From contig JBHIAC010000032.1 in NCBI GenBank assembly GCA_046758365.1, forward strand, positions 1 through 24,347: a DNA stretch of 24,347 nt, read 5' to 3'. The notes under the pieces were generated by a model, which saw only the letters and a program-made list of their open reading frames with translations, was not told the origin of the DNA and made no database searches. A program made the translations under genes and the position numbers. Of the stretch, positions 7,780-17,061 are shown one piece after another; the stretch's first letter is position 1; each line of letters starts with the position of its first letter. The stretch comes from a bacterium. Its GTDB lineage: Bacteria; Zhuqueibacterota; Zhuqueibacteria; Oceanimicrobiales; Oceanimicrobiaceae.

Positions 7780-8319
7780 ATGAATATAACAGAAAAATCG
7801 ATAGATTCAACCAAGCTCGAGCGATCCTGGTATGCACTATATACCCGTCCTAGGTTTGAAAAGAAAGTGGACGTGGAATTAAAGCTAAAAGGATTAGAAT
7901 CCTTTTTACCGCTGCATTCCGTTGTTAGGATTTGGAGTGACCGAAAAAAGAAGATAGAAGCACCATTGTTTCCATCTTATGTTTTTGTTCATGCTAATTT
8001 AAAAGAAAGATACTTATCTTTACAAACGCCAGGCGTGGTTCGAATGGTAAGCTTTAATGGGGGGCCTGCAAGAATTCCTGCTTTCCAGATAGAATCGGTT
8101 CGTCGTATTTTGCAAACTGATTATGCCCCTCAACCATATCCTTATTTATCGAAAGGCTATAAAGTTGAAATTATTTCTGGTCCACTTAAAGGATCAACAG
8201 GATATATTATAGAATGTCGAGGGAAAAACCGTTTAGTAATTTCTATAGATACTATTAGACAGTCATTAGCTATAGAAATAGATTCGAACTATTTAAAGCG
8301 AATATCCAAAAGCTATTAA
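7780..8319 (+). CDS. upxY: UpxY-family (NusG/RfaH paralog) transcription antiterminator
   Basis: WYALYTRPRFEKKV...FLPL...WSDRKKKIEAPLFPSYVFV NGN domain plus KOW motif G.KVEIISGPLKG; located inside a polysaccharide locus. Confidence 0.92.
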   Translation: MNITEKSIDSTKLERSWYALYTRPRFEKKVDVELKLKGLESFLPLHSVVRIWSDRKKKIEAPLFPSYVFVHANLKERYLSLQTPGVVRMVSFNGGPARIPAFQIESVRRILQTDYAPQPYPYLSKGYKVEIISGPLKGSTGYIIECRGKNRLVISIDTIRQSLAIEIDSNYLKRISKSY

Positions 8320-8432
8320 ATATAATTCAAAAGCTCTATATTTCTGATTTTTGTTTCATAATAAATCTTAGTATTAGATTTATTACAAGTGTCAAACAAT
8401 GTCTTAAAAGTAATAACTGACGGGAGGCAACA

Positions 8433-9560
8433 ATGAAAATTCTCAGCTTGGGTGCCGCAGGCTTTATTGGTTCCCACTTAACTAAAAGGCTCTTAAATGA
8501 GGGTCACACGGTCGTGGGAGTTGATATCTACAATGACAAAGTAAAAGAATTCATCAACCATGAACACTTGAAATTCCTCCAAAAAGATATTAGACGATGT
8601 GATTGGGATCTAGAGAAGCTGGTACAGGATTCAGATTTGGTAATTGATCTTATCGCTTATGCAAATCCGGGCCTTTATATTAAATTACCATTAGAGGTAT
8701 TTCGCCTGAATTTTACCGAGAACCTCAAAATTGCAGAAACGTGCGTTCGCTTTAATAAGCGTCTCATTCAGTTTTCTACGTGTGAAGTTTACGGCAGAAC
8801 TTTAGTCACTGTCGCAGACGGAAGGTTACACAATCCAGAAGACCCAGCTTATGCTACATTTTCGGAAGACACAAGCGAATTCATACTTGGACCCATAGAA
8901 AAACACCGCTGGATTTACGCTTGCGCCAAACAGCTTCTAGAAAGAGTGCTTCATGCCTATGGTATAGAACAGCAATTTAATTATACTATTATTCGTCCTT
9001 TCAATTTTATTGGACCCAAAATTGATTATCTATTAAATGAAACGGATGGAATCCCCCGGGTCTTTTCTTTTTTTATGGATGCCCTTCTTAATGGGACGCA
9101 AATGAAATTAGTTGATGGAGGGAACCAGCGTCGATGCTATACTTATATTGATGACGCTATCGAATGTATTTATCGGATAATTTTAAATCCTGATGGCGTG
9201 TGTGATCAGCAAATATTCAATATTGGTTCACCAGAAAACGAGGTCTCGATTCGTGAATTAGCTGAATCAATGCGTGCTATATACGCTGAAAAGTTTAGAG
9301 ATCCTAACGTACCTCTTCCAGAAATAGTTGAAATCTCAGCGGAAAAATTTTATGGTGAGGGATATGAAGATTCTGATCGCAGAATTCCTGATATCTCAAA
9401 AGCCCATCGGCTATTAGGATGGGAACCGAAGTGGGGAATCCGTGAGATGTTGGAAGCTAGTATGTATTATTATGTTACGGATTATGTGGAACACTTTCGA
9501 AAGAGACGTGAGAAGGAGGAAATTACACATGATATCGTTCGTAAAGCACTTGAAGTTTGA
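8433..9560 (+). CDS. Extended SDR of the UDP-apiose/UDP-xylose synthase (UAXS/UAS) type; UDP-GlcA decarboxylase family
   Basis: GAAGFIGSHL, FSTCEVYG (Cys where ArnA/UXS have Ser), RWIYACAKQL.ER, RPFN.IGP, KLVDGG, FYGEGYEDSDRRIPD; these follow plant AXS motifs as I recall them. No ArnA formyltransferase domain. RBS GGGAGG. Confidence 0.75.
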   Translation: MKILSLGAAGFIGSHLTKRLLNEGHTVVGVDIYNDKVKEFINHEHLKFLQKDIRRCDWDLEKLVQDSDLVIDLIAYANPGLYIKLPLEVFRLNFTENLKIAETCVRFNKRLIQFSTCEVYGRTLVTVADGRLHNPEDPAYATFSEDTSEFILGPIEKHRWIYACAKQLLERVLHAYGIEQQFNYTIIRPFNFIGPKIDYLLNETDGIPRVFSFFMDALLNGTQMKLVDGGNQRRCYTYIDDAIECIYRIILNPDGVCDQQIFNIGSPENEVSIRELAESMRAIYAEKFRDPNVPLPEIVEISAEKFYGEGYEDSDRRIPDISKAHRLLGWEPKWGIREMLEASMYYYVTDYVEHFRKRREKEEITHDIVRKALEV

Positions 9561-9588
9561 TTCATTCTAATTTACCCAGGAAATTGAA

Positions 9589-10317
9589 ATGGTAAAAAAC
9601 ATATTCGTCGTAATGCCAGCCTACAATGCTGGAGCTACAATTGAACAAGTCTTCTCACGAATCCCAGAAGAAGCAAAACAAAGGATTCAACGCTATGTCG
9701 TTGTAAATGATGGTAGCCGTGATAATACTGAGGAAGCCCTGGCTCGATTGCATGGCCAACATCCAAATCTCATTACTTTAAGACATAAACGCAACCGTGG
9801 CTATGGCGCCGCAGAGAAGACATTGCTTAACTATGCTGTAAAGGAAGGTGCTGATGTTGCTTTATTGTTACACTCGGACGGCCAATATTCTCCAGAAAAG
9901 ATTCCGGAACTACTTAAACCATTCGATGAAGATGAAGCTGATTTAGTACAAGGATCGAGAATGTTGGGAGGAAGTGCATTAAAAGGTGGTATGCCGCTGT
10001 ACAAATTCATTGCAAATAAATGTCTAACCACCATTGAAAACTGGAGTTTTGGACTGAAGATGGCAGAATATCACAGTGGCTATATGCTCTATTCGCGAAA
10101 AGTACTCCTTGCAATTCCTTTTAGCAAACTTTCTGATTCCTTTGATTTTGATTTAGAAATGATTGTCATGGCAAAAATAAAAGGTTTGCGAATAGTCGAG
10201 GTTGCCATCCCAACTATCTATGCCGATGAAGTCTCGCATCTTAAGCCGATTAAATATGGTTTTGATGTACTCTCAATTATTTGCTCATACAAACGCGGAA
10301 AGTATCATTCACTTTAA
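9589..10317 (+). CDS. GT2 glycosyltransferase, DPM1-like (polyprenol-phosphate glycosyltransferase type)
   Basis: VVMPAYNA, NDGSRD, NRGYG, LHSDGQY, GSR, EYHSGY, FDFDLEM, EVAIPTIY. 242 aa with no clear TM segment. Confidence 0.85.
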   Translation: MVKNIFVVMPAYNAGATIEQVFSRIPEEAKQRIQRYVVVNDGSRDNTEEALARLHGQHPNLITLRHKRNRGYGAAEKTLLNYAVKEGADVALLLHSDGQYSPEKIPELLKPFDEDEADLVQGSRMLGGSALKGGMPLYKFIANKCLTTIENWSFGLKMAEYHSGYMLYSRKVLLAIPFSKLSDSFDFDLEMIVMAKIKGLRIVEVAIPTIYADEVSHLKPIKYGFDVLSIICSYKRGKYHSL

Positions 10318-10480
10318 CTATAAATCATTAACCCGATGGATATCAACATATCCGTGGATTAATAATAATCAATGTATTTTCAGAAGTTCTTCGAAAAAAT
10401 ATAACTCACAATCACTTGGTAGATTAGAATAATTGTATAAGTATTAATAAATATTAATTAGGTATTCGAGGAGGAATTCT

Positions 10481-10660
10481 ATGAATTCCATAATAACAGT
10501 TAAAAATATTGGTAGGATTTTAGTCGAATTTTGGTATTTTTTGAGAATTCGCAAAAAATGGTGGCTGGCGCCTATTATTATTATAATGTTTGTATTTGGA
10601 ATACTCATCGTGTTCACTCAAGGTTCCGCACTGGCGCCATTTATATATACCCTGTTCTAG
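10481..10660 (+). CDS. DUF5989/SxtK-like small membrane protein (59 aa)
   Basis: Manual translation: MNSIITVKNIGRILVEFWYFLRIRKKWWLAPIIIIMFVFGILIVFTQGSALAPFIYTLF*. Strong RBS GAGGAGG (10468-10474). RKKWWLAP...APFIYTLF is the family signature. Below the ORF-track cutoff. Confidence 0.9.
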   Translation: MNSIITVKNIGRILVEFWYFLRIRKKWWLAPIIIIMFVFGILIVFTQGSALAPFIYTLF

Positions 10661-10721
10661 TTGATTGAAATAACTATTTAAGAAGACATAGCCTTTCTCT
10701 CAACTGACCTTTTAGATTGTT

Positions 10722-10874
10722 AAAATTCGAAATCCGAAATTCTAAACAAATTCAAATAATTAAAATAAGAAATACAAAACAATATATTTAGAAGACGGTA
10801 GAGATAAGTTTTGGTCCTTTCGTATTTGAGTTTTGACTTTCGATATTCGTGTCTCGTTTTTTTCATCGAATTTT
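10722..10874. repeat. Degenerate palindromic element built from ~7-nt tandem units
   Basis: Left arm AAATTCG AAATCCG AAATTCT AAAC AAATTC; right arm GTATTTG AGTTTTG ACTTTCG ATATTCG TGTCTCG; terminal IR AAAATTCGA (10722-10730)/TCGAATTTT (10866-10874). Confidence 0.6.
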
Positions 10875-10939
10875 GTATATATTAATCAAACTTGAAGCTA
10901 TAATCCATTTATTAACCAAAAATCTAGGATAAAGTAGCA

Positions 10940-12748
10940 ATGAACATTCTTGGTATTTCCTGTTTTTACCACGATTCGGCTGCATGCTTGGTCAGAAATG
11001 GCGATATAATCGCCGCGGCCCAAGAAGAGCGTTTTACCCGTAAAAAGCACGACCAAAACTTCCCTACCCATGCCATTCGGTATTGTTTAAAGGAAGGCGA
11101 GATTGCCTCGGACCAGCTTGATTATGTGGTGTTTTACGATAAACCTTGGCTGAAATTTGAACGCATATTGGAAACTTATCTGACGTTTGTGCCACGTGGA
11201 ATTCGTTCCTTTTACAAAGCTATCCCGGTGTGGTTGAAACAGAAACTATGGATTCCAGAATTGATAAGAAAGGAACTAGAATACGATGTCAGAGTCCTTT
11301 TCACGGAGCATCATGAATCCCATGCCGCCTCTGCGTTTTATCCATCCCCTTTTGAAGAAGCAGCTTTTCTAACCATGGATGGAGTCGGTGAATGGACAAC
11401 CACGAGCTTCGGAATCGGTAAGGGAAATAAATTGGAGATTCATTACGAAATAAAATTTCCGCACTCCTTAGGTTTACTGTATACTGCTTTTACCTACTTT
11501 ACAGGATTCAAGGTGAACTCTGGTGAGTACAAACTGATGGGGCTGGCACCTTATGGCGAACCCAAATATGTAGATCTGATATTGGATGAATTGCTAGATC
11601 TCAAGGAGGATGGATCCTTTAGACTTAACTTGAAGTATTTCGATTACTGCGCTGGTTTGAGGATGATCAATCGTAAATTTGAGGAGCTTTTTGGAGGGCC
11701 GCCACGGAATCCAGAGGCTAAAATTACTCAAAGAGAGATGGATGTCGCACGTTCGATCCAAGCGGCAACCGAAGAAATCATGCTGCGCATGGCGCGACAC
11801 GTTCATAAGATGACCGGTCAAAGGTATCTTTGTCTCGCGGGTGGTGTGGCGTTGAATTGCGTAGGCAATGGTAAGATACTTCGGGAAGGACCCTTTGACG
11901 ATATTTGGATTCAACCCGCGGCAGGAGATGCCGGGGGCGCCTTGGGAGCTGCCTTGTTCGCCTGGTATCGCTATCTGGATAATCCAAGAAAAATCAAAGG
12001 GAAGAAGGACTGCCAGAAGGCTTCCTATTTAGGACCAGAATATTCAGATGAAGAAATTGAACAATACCTAGTTGAAAATCATATTCCGTTTGAAAAACTA
12101 AATACTAAAAAACTAATAACTATGGGTGCTAAGCTCATTGCTGAACAAAATGTAGTCGGTTGGTTTCAGGGCCGTATGGAATTTGGTCCCAGGGCTTTAG
12201 GGGCTCGAAGCATCATCGGGGATGCTCGATCCCTGGAGATGCAATCGGTGATGAACTTGAAGATTAAATTCCGAGAATCCTTCCGCCCTTTCGCTCCAAC
12301 GGTGCTTAAAGAAAAATGTTCAGAGTATTTTGAGCTAGACCGTGAGAGTCCATATATGCTTCTCGTGGCTCCGGTTTTAGAAACACACAGAAAAAACGGT
12401 GCCATGGAGGCTGTGGGATTGAAGAAACTTAAAATTGAGCGCTCTAGTATCCCTGCTGTAACCCATGTGGACTACTCAGCCAGGATTCAGACGGTTTCGG
12501 CTGAGGATAATCCTTTATACCATGCCATGATCAAAAAGTTTAGTGAAATGACAGGGTGTCCAGTTATCATAAACACCTCGTTCAATGTGCGTGGGGAACC
12601 GATCGTGTGCACCCCCGAAGATGCATACCGTTGCTTCATGCGTACAAACATGGATTATCTTATCATGGGAAGTTATCTGTTGGATAAAAAGAAACAACCA
12701 GAATGGGAAGAAACTGTCAATTGGCAGGAAGAATTTGAATTGGATTAA
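10940..12748 (+). CDS. O-carbamoyltransferase (NodU/CmcH/TobZ/SxtI family)
   Basis: HDSAA, EERFTRKKH, EHHESHAASAF, DGVGE, EYKLMGLAPYG, GGVALNC, GDAGGALGAA, GRMEFGPRALG.RS, KFRESFRPFAP, THVDYSARIQTV, NTSFNVRGEPIV. Confidence 0.95.
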   Translation: MNILGISCFYHDSAACLVRNGDIIAAAQEERFTRKKHDQNFPTHAIRYCLKEGEIASDQLDYVVFYDKPWLKFERILETYLTFVPRGIRSFYKAIPVWLKQKLWIPELIRKELEYDVRVLFTEHHESHAASAFYPSPFEEAAFLTMDGVGEWTTTSFGIGKGNKLEIHYEIKFPHSLGLLYTAFTYFTGFKVNSGEYKLMGLAPYGEPKYVDLILDELLDLKEDGSFRLNLKYFDYCAGLRMINRKFEELFGGPPRNPEAKITQREMDVARSIQAATEEIMLRMARHVHKMTGQRYLCLAGGVALNCVGNGKILREGPFDDIWIQPAAGDAGGALGAALFAWYRYLDNPRKIKGKKDCQKASYLGPEYSDEEIEQYLVENHIPFEKLNTKKLITMGAKLIAEQNVVGWFQGRMEFGPRALGARSIIGDARSLEMQSVMNLKIKFRESFRPFAPTVLKEKCSEYFELDRESPYMLLVAPVLETHRKNGAMEAVGLKKLKIERSSIPAVTHVDYSARIQTVSAEDNPLYHAMIKKFSEMTGCPVIINTSFNVRGEPIVCTPEDAYRCFMRTNMDYLIMGSYLLDKKKQPEWEETVNWQEEFELD

Positions 12749-12760
12749 ACGAGGACAATA

Positions 12761-13174
12761 ATGTTAGAAGAAATTAGAAATATAAACCCCACTCGAAAAG
12801 ATCTTAGAAAATTTGGAATAAGTCTGGGTATTGTTTTTACTCTAATTCTATCTTATTTTTTCTATACTCAAAAGCTTAAAGTCGTTTGGCCTTTTATCAT
12901 ACCTACGCTTTTGCTAATTCTGGGTATTGCTGCCCCACTTCTTCTTAAGTCCAGTTATAAAGTTTGGATGACAGTGGCAATTATTCTGCAGTGGTTTGTA
13001 ACTCATATTATATTAACAATACTATTCTATTTTATTATTACGCCTGTTGGTTTATTGATGCGACTTTTCCGTAAAGAGCTTTTATCTAAAAAATTTAATA
13101 TAATTAGAGAGAGTTATTGGATTAAGAGAGAAGATAACATATATAGACCGGAAAATTATGAAAGACAATTTTAG
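12761..13174 (+). CDS. SxtJ-family membrane protein
   Basis: LRKFG start, hydrophobic segments, W M...IL..LFY.IITPVGLLMR, SYWIKR and terminal RQF. Directly follows the carbamoyltransferase. RBS GAGGA. Confidence 0.88.
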   Translation: MLEEIRNINPTRKDLRKFGISLGIVFTLILSYFFYTQKLKVVWPFIIPTLLLILGIAAPLLLKSSYKVWMTVAIILQWFVTHIILTILFYFIITPVGLLMRLFRKELLSKKFNIIRESYWIKREDNIYRPENYERQF

Positions 13175-13228
13175 CCTTTGTTAAAATGAGCTGAAAAAAT
13201 TAAAACTCACTATTTTGGTACGGTAGTA

Positions 13229-14281
13229 TTGAAACTTATAAAAAATAAGTTGTTTATTGTTACTTTATTAATTTTAGTTTTTCTTTTTGCTGCAGAATTT
13301 GCTGTTCGAATCTGGAAACCTCAAGAGTTAATTCCCGACTTACTTATTTTAGATAAAGACCCATGCCATCGGTTAAATAATAATATTAAGGGTGTGCAAA
13401 AATCTCGTGAATATAACATAAAGATTGCTATAAATGAAAAAGGATTACGTGATTACAATTATTCATATAGGAAAGAGAAAAATACATATCGAATATTAAT
13501 GGTTGGGGATTCTCATACATTTGGTTGGGGCGTTAAACTGCATGATATTTTTTCTAAAATTCTTGAACGAAATTTAAATGCGAATTCAAAAGGATTGAAG
13601 TACGAAGTTATTAATTGTGGAACCATGGGCTATGGTACAGGCCATCAATATCAATTTATAAAAAATTACGGATATCGCTTTAGTCCTGATTTAATCATAA
13701 TCGCTATGGATTTACTTCACGATATTAAGATGAATAATCGTTTTTTTTCTATCGCGGGAGAACAAGTGATCAGAAATTCAAAACCTTGTATTTTTAGAAA
13801 GACTCGAGTATTGTGTAGGTACATACCTTTTTGTTCCTATCTTAGAGGACACTCTCATCTTTTTCGATTTGCTGGTGTAAATTTAGCGTCAATATTTAAA
13901 AGATTTTCTATTAAAAAAGGTTCGGGAGAGAATGGAATCATTAATAATAATCGTTATGATTTAGAAAAAAGTAAAAAGATATTTAAAATTTTGCGTACCG
14001 AGTTAAATAAAAAAGGCATACATTTGGTTGTGACTATTTTGCCTGAATTTTTATCTTATGATGAAAATGTGTTGCGTTCTTTAGAGTATTTTTTTTCACA
14101 TGAGGAAATAAATTATTTCTCAATGCAGGATAGTTTCAATGAGAATTTAAAATTTTCGAAGCTAACCTTTGAATATAGTGCTCATTTTAATTCAGCAGGG
14201 CATAGATTTATAGCAGAAGAGATAGAGCGATATCTTTATGCAAATAAATTGCTTGATAATTTAGAAATAATAATGAATTGA
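13229..14281 (+). CDS. Membrane-anchored SGNH/GDSL-fold protein
   Basis: N-terminal TM ending in AEFAVR, INEKGLRD, block I GDSHTFG, block II GTMGYG, C-terminal SAHFNSAGH. The Asp of DxH is absent. TTG start. Confidence 0.85.
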   Translation: MKLIKNKLFIVTLLILVFLFAAEFAVRIWKPQELIPDLLILDKDPCHRLNNNIKGVQKSREYNIKIAINEKGLRDYNYSYRKEKNTYRILMVGDSHTFGWGVKLHDIFSKILERNLNANSKGLKYEVINCGTMGYGTGHQYQFIKNYGYRFSPDLIIIAMDLLHDIKMNNRFFSIAGEQVIRNSKPCIFRKTRVLCRYIPFCSYLRGHSHLFRFAGVNLASIFKRFSIKKGSGENGIINNNRYDLEKSKKIFKILRTELNKKGIHLVVTILPEFLSYDENVLRSLEYFFSHEEINYFSMQDSFNENLKFSKLTFEYSAHFNSAGHRFIAEEIERYLYANKLLDNLEIIMN

Positions 14282-14353
14282 ATCCAATACTCAAAGATCC
14301 CTTTTGTATTTTGTTAATAACCATGAATTTTAAAAAGATATGGCATTAATTAT

Positions 14354-15880
14354 ATGAATTCAAGAACCTTGAGATGGTTATCTTATCGAAATCATGCAAT
14401 ATTAATAATTACTGCTATAATAATACTTGGTGGTGCTCTGCGGATATATAAATTAGGTCACCAAAGTTTATGGAATGATGAAATTTGGTCTGTTGTAATT
14501 GCCAGTTCTTCAGTGTTAAAAATTTTAACTGTCTCTTATTGGCGTAATACTCACGAGCCGCTTTATTATTTAATATTACATTTTTTTATGTCCTTTGGTA
14601 ATAATGAGGCAATATTACGACTTCCTTCGTTTATATTCGGAATAATGAGTATTGGTCTTTTTTATTTAATTTTGAAAAATTGGCTCGGAAAAATTTATGG
14701 ACATCTTGGTGCTTTTTTGTTAGCAATTTCACCCTTTCATGTTTGGTATAGTCAGGAGACAAGACCCTATGCTATGCTGCTTTTTTGGGGATTGCTGTCA
14801 TTTTTCTTCCTTCAAAAATTACTTAAACATAAGACAAATCAATTCCGAGTTGGCTTTATAATAACAACTGCCGTTACCTACTATTGTCATAGTCTAGCAC
14901 TTGTATTAATTCTCTTTTTTATGATTTATGTTATTTTGAATATAAGTAGACAAGAGTGGAAAAATTGGATAATGACATTCGGTAGTATATTATTAATTAT
15001 TTCTCCTGCATTTTTGCCGTTATTATTGAATCCCCCTAGTCATTCTGCTGATCCATTTAGAGGTGTACATTTAGATCAAATAGGTTACATATTTTGGGCT
15101 TTTGGTACCGGGTATGCGTTAGGACCCTCTCTAGTTGAATTACACTACTTAACTCTTGGGGAAGTAATGACAAAGTATTATCTATTGATCATAACTGTTT
15201 CGGTCTTTATTGGTACTCTGTTAATGTGGGGATTTTATAAATTATGGATAAAAGAAAAAAAAACATTCTTAGTAGTAATATTTTGGCTTTTTATTCCTAT
15301 AATATTTGTATTAGTAGGGGCGACAATTTCAAGCCATCCAATAAATGTGAGATACGTATTATTAGCATTCCCAGCCTTCATAATTGCATTGATGGTTGGT
15401 ATCAGAGAATTACAGTTTAAATGGATAACATTATCAGCTTTATTATGTTTGGTTTTTATTAGCGCTTATTCTCTTTATAATTATTATGAGAAACCTAAAT
15501 ATCAACGCGAAAACAACCGTGCGGCTAGTAACTATTTGGCAAAACATGCAGATAATGATGATATTATTATCGTTAGCGCAAGCTATGTCATTAAGAATTT
15601 GAAACATTACTATCCGAATCATTCAGTAGTAGTAGGGTATCCACAAAGAGGTACTTTTGTGGATAAAAAAAAGTTAGAAAAAGAACTAAAAGAAATTATA
15701 TCAAACCGGGTCCGATTTTGGTTGTTTCTGAGCCGTACATATCATAGCGATCCGAAAGGTTTAATTCGTAATTTTTGCGATTTAAATTACCAACGGGTAA
15801 AACATGCCTCATGGAATGGTGTGGAGCTAATACTGTATTGTGATAGTCAAGCAAAAGATTCTTTTTATAAACTAAACTAA
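14354..15880 (+). CDS. GT-C fold membrane glycosyltransferase (GT39/PMT-like/ArnT-like; uses a lipid-linked donor)
   Basis: LRIYKLGHQSLWNDE (DE motif), HEPLYY, LRLPS, SPFHVWYSQETRPYA, many TM helices and a C-terminal soluble domain. Confidence 0.85.
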   Translation: MNSRTLRWLSYRNHAILIITAIIILGGALRIYKLGHQSLWNDEIWSVVIASSSVLKILTVSYWRNTHEPLYYLILHFFMSFGNNEAILRLPSFIFGIMSIGLFYLILKNWLGKIYGHLGAFLLAISPFHVWYSQETRPYAMLLFWGLLSFFFLQKLLKHKTNQFRVGFIITTAVTYYCHSLALVLILFFMIYVILNISRQEWKNWIMTFGSILLIISPAFLPLLLNPPSHSADPFRGVHLDQIGYIFWAFGTGYALGPSLVELHYLTLGEVMTKYYLLIITVSVFIGTLLMWGFYKLWIKEKKTFLVVIFWLFIPIIFVLVGATISSHPINVRYVLLAFPAFIIALMVGIRELQFKWITLSALLCLVFISAYSLYNYYEKPKYQRENNRAASNYLAKHADNDDIIIVSASYVIKNLKHYYPNHSVVVGYPQRGTFVDKKKLEKELKEIISNRVRFWLFLSRTYHSDPKGLIRNFCDLNYQRVKHASWNGVELILYCDSQAKDSFYKLN

Positions 15881-15906
15881 AAGTTAGTAGCTAAACTCAT
15901 TGAGGA

Positions 15907-16953
15907 ATGATTCTCATCGTGAGTAATCAATTAGATACCAAAGGTTTTTTGAAATTATCGAAAAGATGGATTGGGATAGTTTTAGGGCTTGTATTTTTAT
16001 TTCTTGCAATACGCAAAACAGATTTAGATAAAACTTTCTCACTCATTAAAAATGTTAGTTTGCTTCCGATATTATTTATTGTTAGTCTAAGAATACTCGC
16101 TTTATTAATTCGAGGATTTCGTTGGCGAACTGTTCTTGAACATGTTAAGAAAATATCTCCAGTTACAGTATTTCGAATTTCATCGATTGGAGAAATGGGT
16201 AATTATTTGTTACCCGCTCGCATAGGGGAATTAATGCGAATTTTCATAATTTCAAAAAAGGAGAATATTAGCAAAAGTGCTACTTTGGCTAGTGTTTTCG
16301 TGGATAGATTTCTCGATTTGTTAACTGTATTGACTCTCTTACTTTTATTTTCAATATTTGTTTCTTTGCCCAAATTAATCAAGGAAGTTAGCTATATTGC
16401 GTTATTTGTATTTACAATAATGATAATTAGTTGCTTTGTACTTTTTTTAACAAAAAACCGAATTAACAGATTGATCCAAGCCATATTATCCTCATATCCA
16501 GCTTTATCATTGAGATTAAATGAATTCGTACATCGTTTTACCTTTTCTTTAAATAGCCTACGAAATTCATACCAAATAATACGGGCTATTTTTATTTCTT
16601 TTTTTTTGTGGAGTATTCATATTCTCTCCTTTCATCTTGTACTTGTTGCACTAAATTTAGAACTCCCTTGGTATGCATCAGTAATTACTGTTGCAACGAT
16701 TGGTTTGGGAATGACTATACCCTCAACACCCGGTTTTGTAGGTACGTATGAATTCTTTTGTGTTTCAATCCTTACTATTTTTTCGATAGATAAAAGTTTG
16801 GCTCTAGCATGTGCGATAATCTCTCATGGTTTACAATATATTGTTATTATTAGTGTTGGATTGCTTTGTTATTTTTGGGAAAATATTCAGTTAAATAAAA
16901 TAAGTTTAATAAGAACAAAGAAGATGTTAATCAAAAGTTATAACCTTGATTAA
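15907..16953 (+). CDS. Lysylphosphatidylglycerol-synthase-TM / flippase-like membrane protein (YbhN/AglD flippase type)
   Basis: R..RW..L, NYLLPARIGELMR, DRFLD, PSTPGFVGTYE; polytopic, with no synthase domain. Confidence 0.85.
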   Translation: MILIVSNQLDTKGFLKLSKRWIGIVLGLVFLFLAIRKTDLDKTFSLIKNVSLLPILFIVSLRILALLIRGFRWRTVLEHVKKISPVTVFRISSIGEMGNYLLPARIGELMRIFIISKKENISKSATLASVFVDRFLDLLTVLTLLLLFSIFVSLPKLIKEVSYIALFVFTIMIISCFVLFLTKNRINRLIQAILSSYPALSLRLNEFVHRFTFSLNSLRNSYQIIRAIFISFFLWSIHILSFHLVLVALNLELPWYASVITVATIGLGMTIPSTPGFVGTYEFFCVSILTIFSIDKSLALACAIISHGLQYIVIISVGLLCYFWENIQLNKISLIRTKKMLIKSYNLD

Positions 16954-17061
16954 TAATAATATATAGAGAAAGGCTATTTAACATATTTGTTATGCTTTTT
17001 GTGGATAGATATTATTGTAAATACAACGATACTGCATATTAAATTTAATGGAGGAAAAAAA

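Noticed and set aside
10336..10355. Hairpin ATGGATAT-CAAC-ATATCCGT after the GT2 gene as a terminator
   Set aside because: Weak AT-rich stem with no following U-tract.
10481..14281. Saxitoxin biosynthesis cluster (sxtI/J/K/L-like genes)
   Set aside because: No sxtA, sxtG or other core toxin genes are present, and the context is entirely polysaccharide biosynthesis.
8433..16953. Arn (L-Ara4N, polymyxin resistance) operon
   Set aside because: The SDR lacks the ArnA formyltransferase domain and has UAXS-type STCE/YACAK motifs; no ArnB aminotransferase or ArnD deformylase is in the window.
15907..16953. MprF lysyl-phosphatidylglycerol synthase
   Set aside because: Only the membrane flippase-like region is present; there is no cytoplasmic aminoacyl-transfer domain.
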